From the NCBI GenBank assembly GCA_012797695.1, contig JAAZOQ010000233.1, positions 2,897-66,896 on the forward strand: DNA of 64,000 bases, in the 5' to 3' direction. The DNA comes from Anaerolineaceae bacterium (GTDB lineage: Bacteria; Chloroflexota; Anaerolineae; Anaerolineales; Anaerolineaceae). Position 1 is the stretch's first letter, and every line of letters starts with the position of its first letter. The notes under the pieces are model-generated. The model had not been told where the DNA came from. It saw only the letters and a program-made list of their open reading frames with translations, and ran no database searches. Of the stretch, positions 17,694 through 27,031 are shown one piece after another. Both the position numbers and the translations under genes were made by a program.

Positions 17694-19076
17694 TCAGGCG
17701 TTTGATTCAGCTTCTTTTGTAATTGCTTCGGCTAATTCTGCCAAAATCTTCCCGGTCATGCGAGCGGTAACAGGAGCTTCGTGTTGCTGACACCAACCGG
17801 TCAGGGGTTGCTGCCAGTGGATCAGTGCCTTGGCATCCGCTGGATAATGGCTTTCGCGTGCGCCAATATTGATCCAATTTTTCGTCGCAAGAGCATCATT
17901 CCATTCTTCCCAGGTCGCCAGATCAGGAGTGAGCGAAAAAGTGGAGAGCGGGGAAAAGAAAAGCGGTCTCCCTGACGGAAATTCTTTTACCATGCTCTTC
18001 AAGAACCGGGCTGAATCATGAGTATTAAAGATCAGCCACAAAGGAAGTAACCCCGAGCGCAGGATCGAAGTGGCATCGTATTGGCTAAAAACCTCCACCA
18101 CGACACCTGCCGGCTCACGGCCTTCAATTTCAAGCTGTTTCTTGACCATACGAAAAGCCAGTTGATTAAACCGGTTCGGATCATCAAAATGAATGCAGGT
18201 AAAACGATACCCTTCCCGTTCACAAAAAGTGCGCACCGCTTCTTTCAAACCCGGCTCAGACCCCCATTCTGATTCAGGTCCATCAATCAACGGGAAACCA
18301 GTCAGATTCCAGTTCGAGTCCGTGATCCCTTCCTGAGCACAATAAGCACGGATTCGTTCGCTTCCACTGATGAATTCTTCCGCTGAAATATCTCCCCAAC
18401 CGCCTACCTGAAAGACATTCTTCTCACCTACTTTAAATTGCTTCCACTTTGCCCCTCCCTCCAGGTAAATAATCTCCCCATTTTTCTGCAAATTGCGGCG
18501 AATATATTCCTGGTAAAGTTCAGGCAGGTCAAGTAGTTTCAAACGCAGGTGGTTCACTCGGCGCACCAACCAGCCATCATGAATCGGGTCATAATGCTGA
18601 ATGGACATCACTCCTGGGTTTCTCTCTGTCACAATCCGGGCAGTTTCAGCCGAAAGCTCATAATAATTTCGTACGTTTCCATCCATCGACCCATGTTCAA
18701 GTGTCATCACATAGGCCTGAGGCAAGAATGGGCCTCCCAAACCCAGAGCCAGGTGAGCTGTGGTTCCCCCCATCCCCACTCCCATCGTAATGGCCGGGAA
18801 TGGGCCTTTCACTTCAGCATAATCATCCAACCTGGCCTGAATGAGATCGGCTATTTTCAAATTGCGCACTAATTCACTGGAAAGAGCACCCGACTTCTGT
18901 GCCCGCGGGATCAACCACTGTGCCACTCTCTGCGGGAAAGCGCCAACAATTTGAAGCAAAGTTCGGGTAAGCAAATCAAATTCATAGGCCTGTGAATACT
19001 TCCCTTGCAAACCAGCGGCAACCGCACGGGTAATGATCGGTGAAGAACTCTCACGACTTTCATACGCGATGACCAT
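17694..19076 (-). CDS. hypothetical protein, 460 aa, no domain recognised
   Basis: Long uninterrupted ORF in the co-directional gene string; no signal peptide or known motif seen. Confidence 0.6.
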   Translation of the reverse strand: MVIAYESRESSSPIITRAVAAGLQGKYSQAYEFDLLTRTLLQIVGAFPQRVAQWLIPRAQKSGALSSELVRNLKIADLIQARLDDYAEVKGPFPAITMGVGMGGTTAHLALGLGGPFLPQAYVMTLEHGSMDGNVRNYYELSAETARIVTERNPGVMSIQHYDPIHDGWLVRRVNHLRLKLLDLPELYQEYIRRNLQKNGEIIYLEGGAKWKQFKVGEKNVFQVGGWGDISAEEFISGSERIRAYCAQEGITDSNWNLTGFPLIDGPESEWGSEPGLKEAVRTFCEREGYRFTCIHFDDPNRFNQLAFRMVKKQLEIEGREPAGVVVEVFSQYDATSILRSGLLPLWLIFNTHDSARFLKSMVKEFPSGRPLFFSPLSTFSLTPDLATWEEWNDALATKNWINIGARESHYPADAKALIHWQQPLTGWCQQHEAPVTARMTGKILAELAEAITKEAESNA

Positions 19077-19106
19077 TCTTATGCTCCAGAAGAAGAGATG
19101 GATTGA

Positions 19107-19727
19107 CTATTTTGATTGCAGCATCGAAAACATGCCAATAACCGCGCCCAGACCAATCAGAATAATAATGATCAGTCCAATCGGAATACTTCCTGTGCTG
19201 GCAACCCCAGAAGAATAAGTTGGCACACTAAGAGGAGCAGGCTGCGTATAAGTCGGTAAACTGGTCGAGTTTGGCGTGATGATAAATTGGGCAGCTAAAG
19301 TGGGGTCAATTGTCGCCGTCACCTTCGGCTGTGGAGTCGATGGGCTTTCTACCACCGGGACTTCTCCACCCGAAACATCCATATATAATGCCCAGATCCA
19401 ACCTTCTCCGCCCTGAACACCAGGATACTCAATCAGCAGCCAATCACCAGCAATTGTCTTACCTATGACGTTTACTTGCTGCCCGGTGAGAACCACCCCA
19501 ATTTTATCCGCCAGTGTGGAAGGATAATTTCGCACGTTGATATCTTCAGTCATTCCCAGCTTGGCCACTGCTACCGGGCCCAAAGGAGTTCCCGTCACTG
19601 TCGGAATTGAGCCAGTAGGCTGTTGAGCCTGCACCGTTTCAGGAGGGTTTATCGTATATAATAAAGAAACGAAAATGGTAATTATTACTCCTAATAACCA
19701 CCATCGAAGTGTTTTGTGTTGAGTCAT
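19107..19727 (-). CDS. SH3b-domain protein with N-terminal TM/signal and a C-terminal TM anchor
   Basis: INVRNYPS...GQQVNVIGK...DWLLIEYPG...GWIW (bacterial SH3); start placed at the ATG at 19727, preceded by GGAGAG; the track ORF extends to 19772. Confidence 0.65.
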   Translation of the reverse strand: MTQHKTLRWWLLGVIITIFVSLLYTINPPETVQAQQPTGSIPTVTGTPLGPVAVAKLGMTEDINVRNYPSTLADKIGVVLTGQQVNVIGKTIAGDWLLIEYPGVQGGEGWIWALYMDVSGGEVPVVESPSTPQPKVTATIDPTLAAQFIITPNSTSLPTYTQPAPLSVPTYSSGVASTGSIPIGLIIIILIGLGAVIGMFSMLQSK

Positions 19728-19774
19728 GTGCTCTCCAAAATTCAATTCATCTGAAACCTGATTATAATTCATTT

Positions 19775-20365
19775 ATGGAACAACGCCTTTACCACGGAAA
19801 CTTCACCAATAACGAAATCGCGGATGCTCTGATTGCCCATTTCGATCATGGATCCTATCGGGTACAAAAGGTCGGAGCAGGCAAAATCATGGCCGTGCAA
19901 ATTGCCACCTCCCCATACGAAACCTCGGGAGGGAAAACCGCCCTCAGCATCACCCTCCAAAATGCAGAGGATGGCGTTTTGATTCAAATCGGGCAACAAA
20001 CCTGGATGGGAGTGGCGGCTGATCTAGGGGTAACCACCATCGCAGCATTGCGAAATCCGCTCAGCCTTCTTGGTCGCTTGGATGATATCGCCCAAGATAT
20101 CCAGAACTTACAACTCACCGATGAGGTCTGGCAAACCATTGATCAAACCTCGCGTGCTATTGGTTCAGGTTTCGATCTCTCGGCCCGCCTGAAAAAATAT
20201 GTTTGCGAATATTGCAATACTCCTAATGAACCCGGGGCTTCCAGCTGCATCGCCTGCGGAGCACCGCTGGGGAATATTCAGCCACAGACCTGTCCAAATT
20301 GTGGATACATCATCTCAACGAATGAGTCTGTTTGCCCCAATTGCAAAAAACCCATTATTCGTTGA
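19775..20365 (+). CDS. double zinc-ribbon protein
   Basis: C-terminus CEYCN..N..G...CIACGAPL......CPNCG.......CPNCKKPI; start moved to the ATG at 19775 to avoid overlap with the divergent gene. Confidence 0.6.
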   Translation: MEQRLYHGNFTNNEIADALIAHFDHGSYRVQKVGAGKIMAVQIATSPYETSGGKTALSITLQNAEDGVLIQIGQQTWMGVAADLGVTTIAALRNPLSLLGRLDDIAQDIQNLQLTDEVWQTIDQTSRAIGSGFDLSARLKKYVCEYCNTPNEPGASSCIACGAPLGNIQPQTCPNCGYIISTNESVCPNCKKPIIR

Positions 20366-20381
20366 TTCTCAGGAGTAACTC

Positions 20382-21380
20382 ATGAAATTGAATGGCACGA
20401 TCACTGATGTTCCGGGCATCAAAGTTGGCCATGCAGAAGATCTTCAAGCAATCACCGGGTGCACTGTGGTTTTGTGTGAAAAAGGGGCAATTGCAGGGGT
20501 AGATCAACGCGGCGGTGCCCCCGGGACACGAGAAACAGACGCAATTCGCCCGTTACATCTTGTCAGTAAAATCCAGGCTATTTCCCTGGCGGGAGGATCT
20601 GCCTACGGGTTGGATGCCGCCAGTGGAGTAATGAAATATCTGGAAGAAAAAGAGCTTGGCTTCGATACTGGAGTTGCCAGAGTTCCAGTGGTACCTTCAG
20701 CAATTCTCTTCGATCTGGCGATTGGCAGTGCTAAAATCCGCCCCGATGCCAATATGGGGTATCAGGCCTGCCTGAACGCCTCAACCGATGCAGTAGAACA
20801 GGGATGCGTGGGTGCGGGTACCGGTGCCATGGCCGGGAATGCACTGGGGCCTTCTCAAGCCACGAAATCAGGCATTGGCTCAGCCAGTATTGATATCGGC
20901 GGCGGCATCATCGTGGGAGCGATCATCGCTGTCAATCCTTTTGGAGACATCATCGATCCAACCAACGGAACCATTATTGCCGGAACACGCTCCATCCGCA
21001 AAGGCCCCATCAAGATTGGGGAAGAGGCCGTTTTTGCCAATACTCGAGATTTGCTCAAGACAACTATTGGGAAAACCGCTATTTCATTTGCCTCCTCCCA
21101 TAATACTGTGATCGGAGTAGTCGCCACCAACGCTGCGCTTGATAAAGAAGAAACCAATTTTCTCGCGCAAATGGCGCAAGATGGCTTACCGCTGGCAATC
21201 CGCCCTGCGCACACCCTTTTCGATGGCGATACCCTGTTTGCACTTTCAACGGGCAGTCATCACGTTGACGTCAATGTCATCGGAACCTTTGCTGTAGAAG
21301 TAGTCGCTCAAGCTATCTTGAATGCAGTTCGCTCTGCCACCCTGCTGGGAGGGATCCCCTCGCTCAACGAATTATCTTAA
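20382..21380 (+). CDS. P1/S58 (DmpA-like) family aminopeptidase
   Basis: ITDVPGIKVGH...TGCTVVL...RGGAPGTRETD...AISLAGGSAYGL. Confidence 0.8.
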   Translation: MKLNGTITDVPGIKVGHAEDLQAITGCTVVLCEKGAIAGVDQRGGAPGTRETDAIRPLHLVSKIQAISLAGGSAYGLDAASGVMKYLEEKELGFDTGVARVPVVPSAILFDLAIGSAKIRPDANMGYQACLNASTDAVEQGCVGAGTGAMAGNALGPSQATKSGIGSASIDIGGGIIVGAIIAVNPFGDIIDPTNGTIIAGTRSIRKGPIKIGEEAVFANTRDLLKTTIGKTAISFASSHNTVIGVVATNAALDKEETNFLAQMAQDGLPLAIRPAHTLFDGDTLFALSTGSHHVDVNVIGTFAVEVVAQAILNAVRSATLLGGIPSLNELS

Positions 21381-21431
21381 TTCCTTGTATAATACAAATT
21401 GTCGATTTTCTTCATTCAAAAAGGAATCAAA

Positions 21432-22283
21432 ATGATAAAAATTATTGCCGATACCACTTCTGTCATTGAACCAGAAGAAGCACAAAATCTGGGAATTGTT
21501 ATGATTCCACAAATCATCGTGTTTGGCGATAAGAGTTATCGCGATGATAATGAAATCACTACCGAAGAATTTCTCTCCAAGCTCAGATCTTCCCCCGCCT
21601 TGCCCAAGACCGCCGCTCCCCCGCCCGCGCTTTACACCCCTGTTTTCGAGCAGATCAGCAAAGATCACGATTCTGCGATCGTGATCTGCCCCTCAGCCAA
21701 GGTAAGCGGCACTTACCGAAGCGCCTCTGTAGCGGCGCAGGACTATCCTGATGCAGATATCCATATCATCGATACCTACACGATCGGTCCCGCTCTGGGT
21801 ACTCTGGTTTATAAGGCCAAGCAATGGGCTGACGCCGGGTTGGATGTATCCACGATTCTCGAACGCCTGAATTTTGCCCGCAAACATAATTTGATCTATT
21901 TTTACGTGGATACCCTGGAATATCTGCATAAAGGCGGGCGGATTGGCACAGCTCAGGCCCTAGTCGGCAGTTTGCTGCAGGTAAAACCAATCCTGATCTT
22001 CAAAGATGGGCAGGTAAACCCCTTCGAGACTCAGCGCACAAAACGGAAAGCCATGGCCCGTATCGTTGAGCTGGTCAAAGCACAGTGCCCCCATAATGCC
22101 AATTCACAATTGGCCATTTTCCAGGCTGACGCCATGGAAGATGCACTCGCCTTGCGAGCAGAATTCTCCGAATTCATGAGCCTGGATGCCATCCGCATTA
22201 CCAAGCTTCCTCCGGCGATCATCGTCCATGCCGGTCCGGGTGTTGTGGCAGCTTCTTTCTTCACGGAATTCCCGCAAGACTAG
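21432..22283 (+). CDS. DegV family fatty-acid-binding protein
   Basis: MIKIIADTTS...LPKTAAPPP...SAKVSGTY.SA..AA...; start at the second ATG. Confidence 0.85.
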   Translation: MIKIIADTTSVIEPEEAQNLGIVMIPQIIVFGDKSYRDDNEITTEEFLSKLRSSPALPKTAAPPPALYTPVFEQISKDHDSAIVICPSAKVSGTYRSASVAAQDYPDADIHIIDTYTIGPALGTLVYKAKQWADAGLDVSTILERLNFARKHNLIYFYVDTLEYLHKGGRIGTAQALVGSLLQVKPILIFKDGQVNPFETQRTKRKAMARIVELVKAQCPHNANSQLAIFQADAMEDALALRAEFSEFMSLDAIRITKLPPAIIVHAGPGVVAASFFTEFPQD

Positions 22284-22290
22284 AATGTTC

Positions 22291-22318
22291 ATAAGAGCAC
22301 ACCAAAGTGTGCTCTTAT
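22291..22318 (+). terminator. 12-bp perfect hairpin after the DegV gene
   Basis: ATAAGAGCACAC-CAAA-GTGTGCTCTTAT; weak U-tract. Confidence 0.5.
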
Positions 22319-22328
22319 CATTTAACCC

Positions 22329-22991
22329 ATGCTGACAATCTTATTCGAAAACGCAGATCTACTGGCCATAGCAAAGCCATCCGGCTTATTGAGCATCCCG
22401 GATGGCTTTAATCCCGATCTACCCAACGCCAGAGACATACTGGCTCAAGACTTTGGTAAATTGTGGACCGTCCATCGCCTGGACAAAGGTACCAGTGGAA
22501 TCCTGCTTTTTGCCAAGAACGCTGAAGCACATCGCGAACTTAATGAGCAATTTACCCATCATTCTATAAAAAAAGAGTATTGGGCCATTGTTTTGGGAAG
22601 TTTTCCTGAAACTCTGTCGATCGAAAAACCCCTCCGCATCAACGTAGGGTCACGTCACCGCACCATCATCGATGAGGTCAATGGCAAAGCGGCTAGAACG
22701 GATTTCGAGTGCCACGAAGTATTTCATGAGAATTACTCGCTTATTTCTGCTTTTCCTTATACTGGCTACACGCATCAAATCCGGGCCCACCTCTATTCGG
22801 CCGGCTACCCCATTCTATTTGATCCGCTCTACTTCACAGAACTTTCCACCCATCTTTCTCTTGAAGTAAATTGCCGGCGCTTGATGCTGCACGCTTTTTC
22901 GATTCAATTCGTATCCCCGCAATCGTCTCAACCAATTACCTTGACCTGTCCTCTCCCAAAGGACTTCACTGACTGCATGCATCTGCTATAA
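22329..22991 (+). CDS. RluA family pseudouridine synthase
   Basis: HRLDKGTSGILLFAKN catalytic Asp motif, HQIRAHL. Confidence 0.85.
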   Translation: MLTILFENADLLAIAKPSGLLSIPDGFNPDLPNARDILAQDFGKLWTVHRLDKGTSGILLFAKNAEAHRELNEQFTHHSIKKEYWAIVLGSFPETLSIEKPLRINVGSRHRTIIDEVNGKAARTDFECHEVFHENYSLISAFPYTGYTHQIRAHLYSAGYPILFDPLYFTELSTHLSLEVNCRRLMLHAFSIQFVSPQSSQPITLTCPLPKDFTDCMHLL

Positions 22992-23026
22992 AAATAGGGC
23001 ATCCAGAAATTTGGATGCCCTATTTT
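22991..23026. terminator. bidirectional intrinsic terminator between the convergent rluA-like gene and hppA
   Basis: AAAATAGGGCATCCA-loop-TGGATGCCCTATTTT. Confidence 0.8.
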
Positions 23027-23043
23027 TATGTTACAGAAAAAAA

Positions 23044-25368
23044 CTAACCGATCTTTGCCGGTCTCTTGCTGACAGAGACAGCCCAGATAATTGCGGCTAA
23101 CAGAACAACGGCCACAACAACACGGACAACCACTGCCCCTTCGTAGCTGACGATCACAGGAGCGGCCAGCAAGCTGATCAGGTTGACCACTTTAATCATC
23201 GGGTTCAAAGCCGGACCAGCGGTGTCTTTCAGAGGATCACCCACGGTATCACCCACGACAGCAGCCTTATGGCGCTCAGAACCCTTACCGGTGTTCTCTG
23301 CGAGATTGCGGGGTTCGTCCTCGACCATCTTCTTGCAGTTATCCCAGGCACCACCAGAGTTAGCCATGAAGACAGCCAGTAACTGCCCACACAGGATAAC
23401 ACCAGCCAGGAAACCACCCAGCGCTTCCACGTTGAGAGAAAGACCAATGAAAAGTGGTGTCAAGACAGCGATAGCCGCCAGCGGGATCAATTCTTTCTGC
23501 GCGGATTGGGTTGAAATGCCCACAACCTCAGCGTAATCCGGCTTCACAGTTCCTTCCATGATACCGGGAATACGGAACTGACGGCGAACTTCTTCCACGA
23601 TACGGCCGGCAGCACGGCTGACCGCACGGATGGAAAGAGAGCTAAATAGCCAGGGCAAAGCGCCACCCAACAAGAAGCCAATGAACACACGAGTATCAGC
23701 AACGTTGATCCCCGTCAATGGTGTCATTCCTAAATTCGCCTGCACCTTGCTCACATCGGTGATGTAAGACGAGAACAAGCTGACTGCGGCAATCACAGCC
23801 GAGGCAATGGCAACACCCTTGGTGATCGCTTTGGTGGTATTGCCAACAGCATCCAGGTCAGCCATAATCTGGCGGGCCTTGAGGGTTTCCTCATCGGTCA
23901 TGTCGTGCCAGGCCATCTCACCAATACCATTGGCGTTATCCGAGATCGGGCCGAAGGAATCCATGGCCACGTTATTCCCGGTGTGACTCAGCATACCGAT
24001 ACCCACCATAGCCACACCATACAAAACATAAATCAGGGTTTGGTTGGATAACACGCCCAGAGGATTGCTGCCTCCATAGAGCAGTAAAGCGCCAATGAAG
24101 GAGATCACAATCGCGATCAGAGCATACACACTGGATTCCATACCCAGAGAAAGGCCAGAGAGGATTGTGGTCGCTGGTCCAGTTCGGGTGGAATTGACAA
24201 CGTCCTTCACTTCCTGGCTCTTGGTAGAAGTGAAAGCAGAGGTCAACGGGTTGAAAGCCACAGCCAGGGCAACACCGATGGTGGTCAGCATGGCCAGCTT
24301 CCAATCGTGAGCGTAGAAAATAGCGACGATGAAAGAGAAGATAATGGTGTTCACGCTCGAAACTTCATACGAGCGGAACATGGATCCTTCTGCATCGTGA
24401 GAGCGCAAGAATTTGATCGGGAAGTTTTCCCAGATCGGCACGGTGAAAGTACCCAAGATTGAGCTCAAAACACCAATACCACGAATGATCAGCGGATAAA
24501 CAATCCATTTCAAGCTGCCATCCTGGCTATACAGAGAAAGGCCCAGGATCAAAGCAGAAACGATTGTGGTTTCATAGCTCTCGAAGATATCTGCCGCCAT
24601 ACCAGCGCAGTCACCCACGTTGTCACCCACGAGGTCAGCGATTACCGCAGCGTTACGCGGATCATCTTCCGGAATGTCCTTTTCAACTTTCCCGACCAGG
24701 TCAGCGCCGACATCAGCAGCCTTGGTGTAGATACCACCACCCACACGCATGAACAGAGCGATCAGCGTGCCGCCAAAACCGAAGCCAAGCAAAGCATCTG
24801 GAGCCGCTTTACCAAAAATGATGAAGATGACGGTACCGCCGAGCAGGCCCAGGCCATCTGTCAACATACCGGTGATTGTGCCGGCATAATAAGCAATGGA
24901 GAGTGCTTCATTAAATGAGCGGCGAGCCGCTGATGAAGACCTTACATTGGCTTGAATTGCCATGCGCATACCGAGTTGGCCCACAATTAAAGAAAAGGAC
25001 GCCCCAAGTACAAATGCCAGAGAACGTCCTAAAGAGATAATTAATTGTGTGTTGTTGGGAAACTCTTCAAGTGCTTCGGAACTGGGTTTCACAACATAAA
25101 CAGAAAGGAAGAGTGCCACAAACAGAATTCCGACTGCCGGAAGAATGGTTTTCAGTTGGCGACTCAAGTAACTGTTCGCGCCGACTCGAATGGCATCCCA
25201 CACTTCCTGCATCTTTTTTGAGCCTTTATCCTTTTTCAGGACAGTGCCCCGGAGCAACCAGGCATAGAGGAGGCTAATGAAAGCCACGACCAGGACTGCG
25301 ACAATGGCAATTTGTTCAAAACCGTTCATGCCATGTCTGGTGCCCATTCCTAAAAGATCTATCTGCAT
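23044..25368 (-). CDS. hppA: membrane-bound proton/sodium-translocating pyrophosphatase
   Basis: 774 aa, about 16 TM helices, GGG.YTKAADVGADLVGK.E..IPEDDPRN.A.IAD.VGDNVGD and DTVGDP.KD motifs; GGAGGG SD upstream of the ATG at 25368. Confidence 0.9.
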   Translation of the reverse strand: MQIDLLGMGTRHGMNGFEQIAIVAVLVVAFISLLYAWLLRGTVLKKDKGSKKMQEVWDAIRVGANSYLSRQLKTILPAVGILFVALFLSVYVVKPSSEALEEFPNNTQLIISLGRSLAFVLGASFSLIVGQLGMRMAIQANVRSSSAARRSFNEALSIAYYAGTITGMLTDGLGLLGGTVIFIIFGKAAPDALLGFGFGGTLIALFMRVGGGIYTKAADVGADLVGKVEKDIPEDDPRNAAVIADLVGDNVGDCAGMAADIFESYETTIVSALILGLSLYSQDGSLKWIVYPLIIRGIGVLSSILGTFTVPIWENFPIKFLRSHDAEGSMFRSYEVSSVNTIIFSFIVAIFYAHDWKLAMLTTIGVALAVAFNPLTSAFTSTKSQEVKDVVNSTRTGPATTILSGLSLGMESSVYALIAIVISFIGALLLYGGSNPLGVLSNQTLIYVLYGVAMVGIGMLSHTGNNVAMDSFGPISDNANGIGEMAWHDMTDEETLKARQIMADLDAVGNTTKAITKGVAIASAVIAAVSLFSSYITDVSKVQANLGMTPLTGINVADTRVFIGFLLGGALPWLFSSLSIRAVSRAAGRIVEEVRRQFRIPGIMEGTVKPDYAEVVGISTQSAQKELIPLAAIAVLTPLFIGLSLNVEALGGFLAGVILCGQLLAVFMANSGGAWDNCKKMVEDEPRNLAENTGKGSERHKAAVVGDTVGDPLKDTAGPALNPMIKVVNLISLLAAPVIVSYEGAVVVRVVVAVVLLAAIIWAVSVSKRPAKIG

Positions 25369-25514
25369 ACTACCCTCCAGAAAAACTAAAATGAGAACTT
25401 GATGCGGATTTAAGAAAATTCACCAAACATTCTACCACTAGTTTATGGTTTTGTACGAGAGGATTCGGAATTTCATTATTTTGGTTAATACTTCATTAGA
25501 AAGCAGTAAACTTA

Positions 25515-25544
25515 TTGACTTTTGCCATCAAATTGTTGTATAGT
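25515..25544 (+). promoter_or_regulatory. candidate sigma70-type promoter of rpoD
   Basis: TTGACT - 18 nt - TATAGT, about 185 nt upstream of the start codon. Confidence 0.45.
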
Positions 25545-25573
25545 GTATTTCGCTTAATTAAAGAGGATACTTA

Positions 25574-25605
25574 CTAATGAGCGGAACTATCTCACCGCTC
25601 ATTAG
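25574..25605 (+). promoter_or_regulatory. perfect 11-bp inverted repeat in the rpoD leader
   Basis: CTAATGAGCGG - 10 nt - CCGCTCATTAG. Confidence 0.6.
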
Positions 25606-25728
25606 TTGCTCATAGGGTACTACGTTATTAACCAAAGTCTATTGAATTTCTAATCTTTTTTGTGTATGCTCAATTTAGCGAGTAGCTGTCCCTTGCTCGC
25701 TTTCACAGGAAGGTAGTCCGTTACTAAA

Positions 25729-26943
25729 ATGGAAAATCCGATTATTAATATTGTTGATGACGATGATGAAGAATACCCGGCGATTGCTCGGCTGATTGAA
25801 TTAGGCCGGCAAAAGTCGTATGTCACGATCGATGACATTCTACACTTCTTCCCCGAAGCGGAACAAGATGTAGAACAACTGGAAGAGACCTTTGCTGCTC
25901 TGATGAGCGCCGGAATTGCCTACGTTGAAGACGAAGCAATTCATGACGAACCTACTGAAGAAGAACTTTCCAGTGCTGAAGACGAAGAATCCCTCGAAGC
26001 CCATTCTACTTCGATTGATGATCTCGAAAACATCGACACTGACGATACGATTGGGCTGTACTTAAAGGAAGTCAGCCGGGTTCCCCTGCTTACTGCTGAA
26101 GAAGAAGTGGAACTGGCCCAGCGCATCGAACGCGGGCGTATGGCTCGCGAAGAGTTGGCCCGTGGCAACGTCAGTATTCGTCGTCGTCAAGAATTACGCA
26201 AATTGATCGAAGATGGTTGGGCGGCTCGTGAGCACCTGATCACTGCCAACTCCCGGTTGGTCATCAGTGTGGCCAAGAAATACATGGGGCGTGGTGTACC
26301 TTTCCTGGACCTGATTCAGGAAGGCAATATTGGTCTCATCCGTGCCACCAAGAAATTCGATTACCGTCGCGGGCATAAATTCAGCACCTATGCCACCTGG
26401 TGGATTCGCCAGGCTGTGACCCGGGCCATTGCCGATCAAGGTCGTACGATCCGTGTGCCCGTCCACATGGGTGACCAAATCAATAAATTGCTGCGCATCC
26501 AGCACCAATTAACCCAGCGACTGGGGCGTGAACCAACTGTAGATGAACTGGCCGTCTCTCTGGATGTTCCCCCGAAAAAGGTTGAGAACATGATCCAGGT
26601 TGCCCGCCGTCCGCTGTCTCTGGAAACACCAACCGATGACGAAGAGGATTCCGTGCTTGGCGACTTCATTGAAGATGATGAGGCTCCCCCGCCGGATGAA
26701 TCCGCGACTTATAATTTGCTGCGTGAGCATCTTGAAGAAGTTTTAAACGGTCTTCCGCCGCGCGAAGTACGCATCCTGCAATTGCGCTACGGACTTCTGG
26801 ATGGTCAGGCCTACACACTGGAAGAAGTTGGCAGAAAGATGGGCGTTACGCGCGAAAGAGTCCGCCAAATCGAAGCGCAAGCCCTGAGCCGCTTACGTCA
26901 TCCCTCGATACGACGGAAATTACGAGATTACTTAGGCGAATAA
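25729..26943 (+). CDS. rpoD: primary RNA polymerase sigma factor (sigma-70/SigA)
   Basis: Acidic region 1, LIEGNLRLV-type region 2 ([38 protein letters not shown]), regions 3 and 4 ([18 protein letters not shown]). Confidence 0.92.
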   Translation: MENPIINIVDDDDEEYPAIARLIELGRQKSYVTIDDILHFFPEAEQDVEQLEETFAALMSAGIAYVEDEAIHDEPTEEELSSAEDEESLEAHSTSIDDLENIDTDDTIGLYLKEVSRVPLLTAEEEVELAQRIERGRMAREELARGNVSIRRRQELRKLIEDGWAAREHLITANSRLVISVAKKYMGRGVPFLDLIQEGNIGLIRATKKFDYRRGHKFSTYATWWIRQAVTRAIADQGRTIRVPVHMGDQINKLLRIQHQLTQRLGREPTVDELAVSLDVPPKKVENMIQVARRPLSLETPTDDEEDSVLGDFIEDDEAPPPDESATYNLLREHLEEVLNGLPPREVRILQLRYGLLDGQAYTLEEVGRKMGVTRERVRQIEAQALSRLRHPSIRRKLRDYLGE

Positions 26944-26946
26944 TCA

Positions 26947-26979
26947 AAAATACGGTATGATAAACTCATACCGTATTTT
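26947..26979 (+). terminator. rpoD intrinsic terminator
   Basis: AAAATACGGTATGA-TAAAC-TCATACCGTATTTT, 14-bp perfect stem. Confidence 0.8.
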
Positions 26980-27031
26980 CTTGCTTAAACCAACAAACTG
27001 TTGCATACTACTTTAAGTAGGAGTAATACAT

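Noticed and set aside
19763-19777. TATAAT at 19763-19768, only 6 nt before ATG 19775, suggesting a leaderless mRNA for the zinc-ribbon gene.
   Set aside because: It is plausible but rests on a single hexamer in AT-rich divergent intergenic DNA with a weak -35. That is not enough support to call it a feature.
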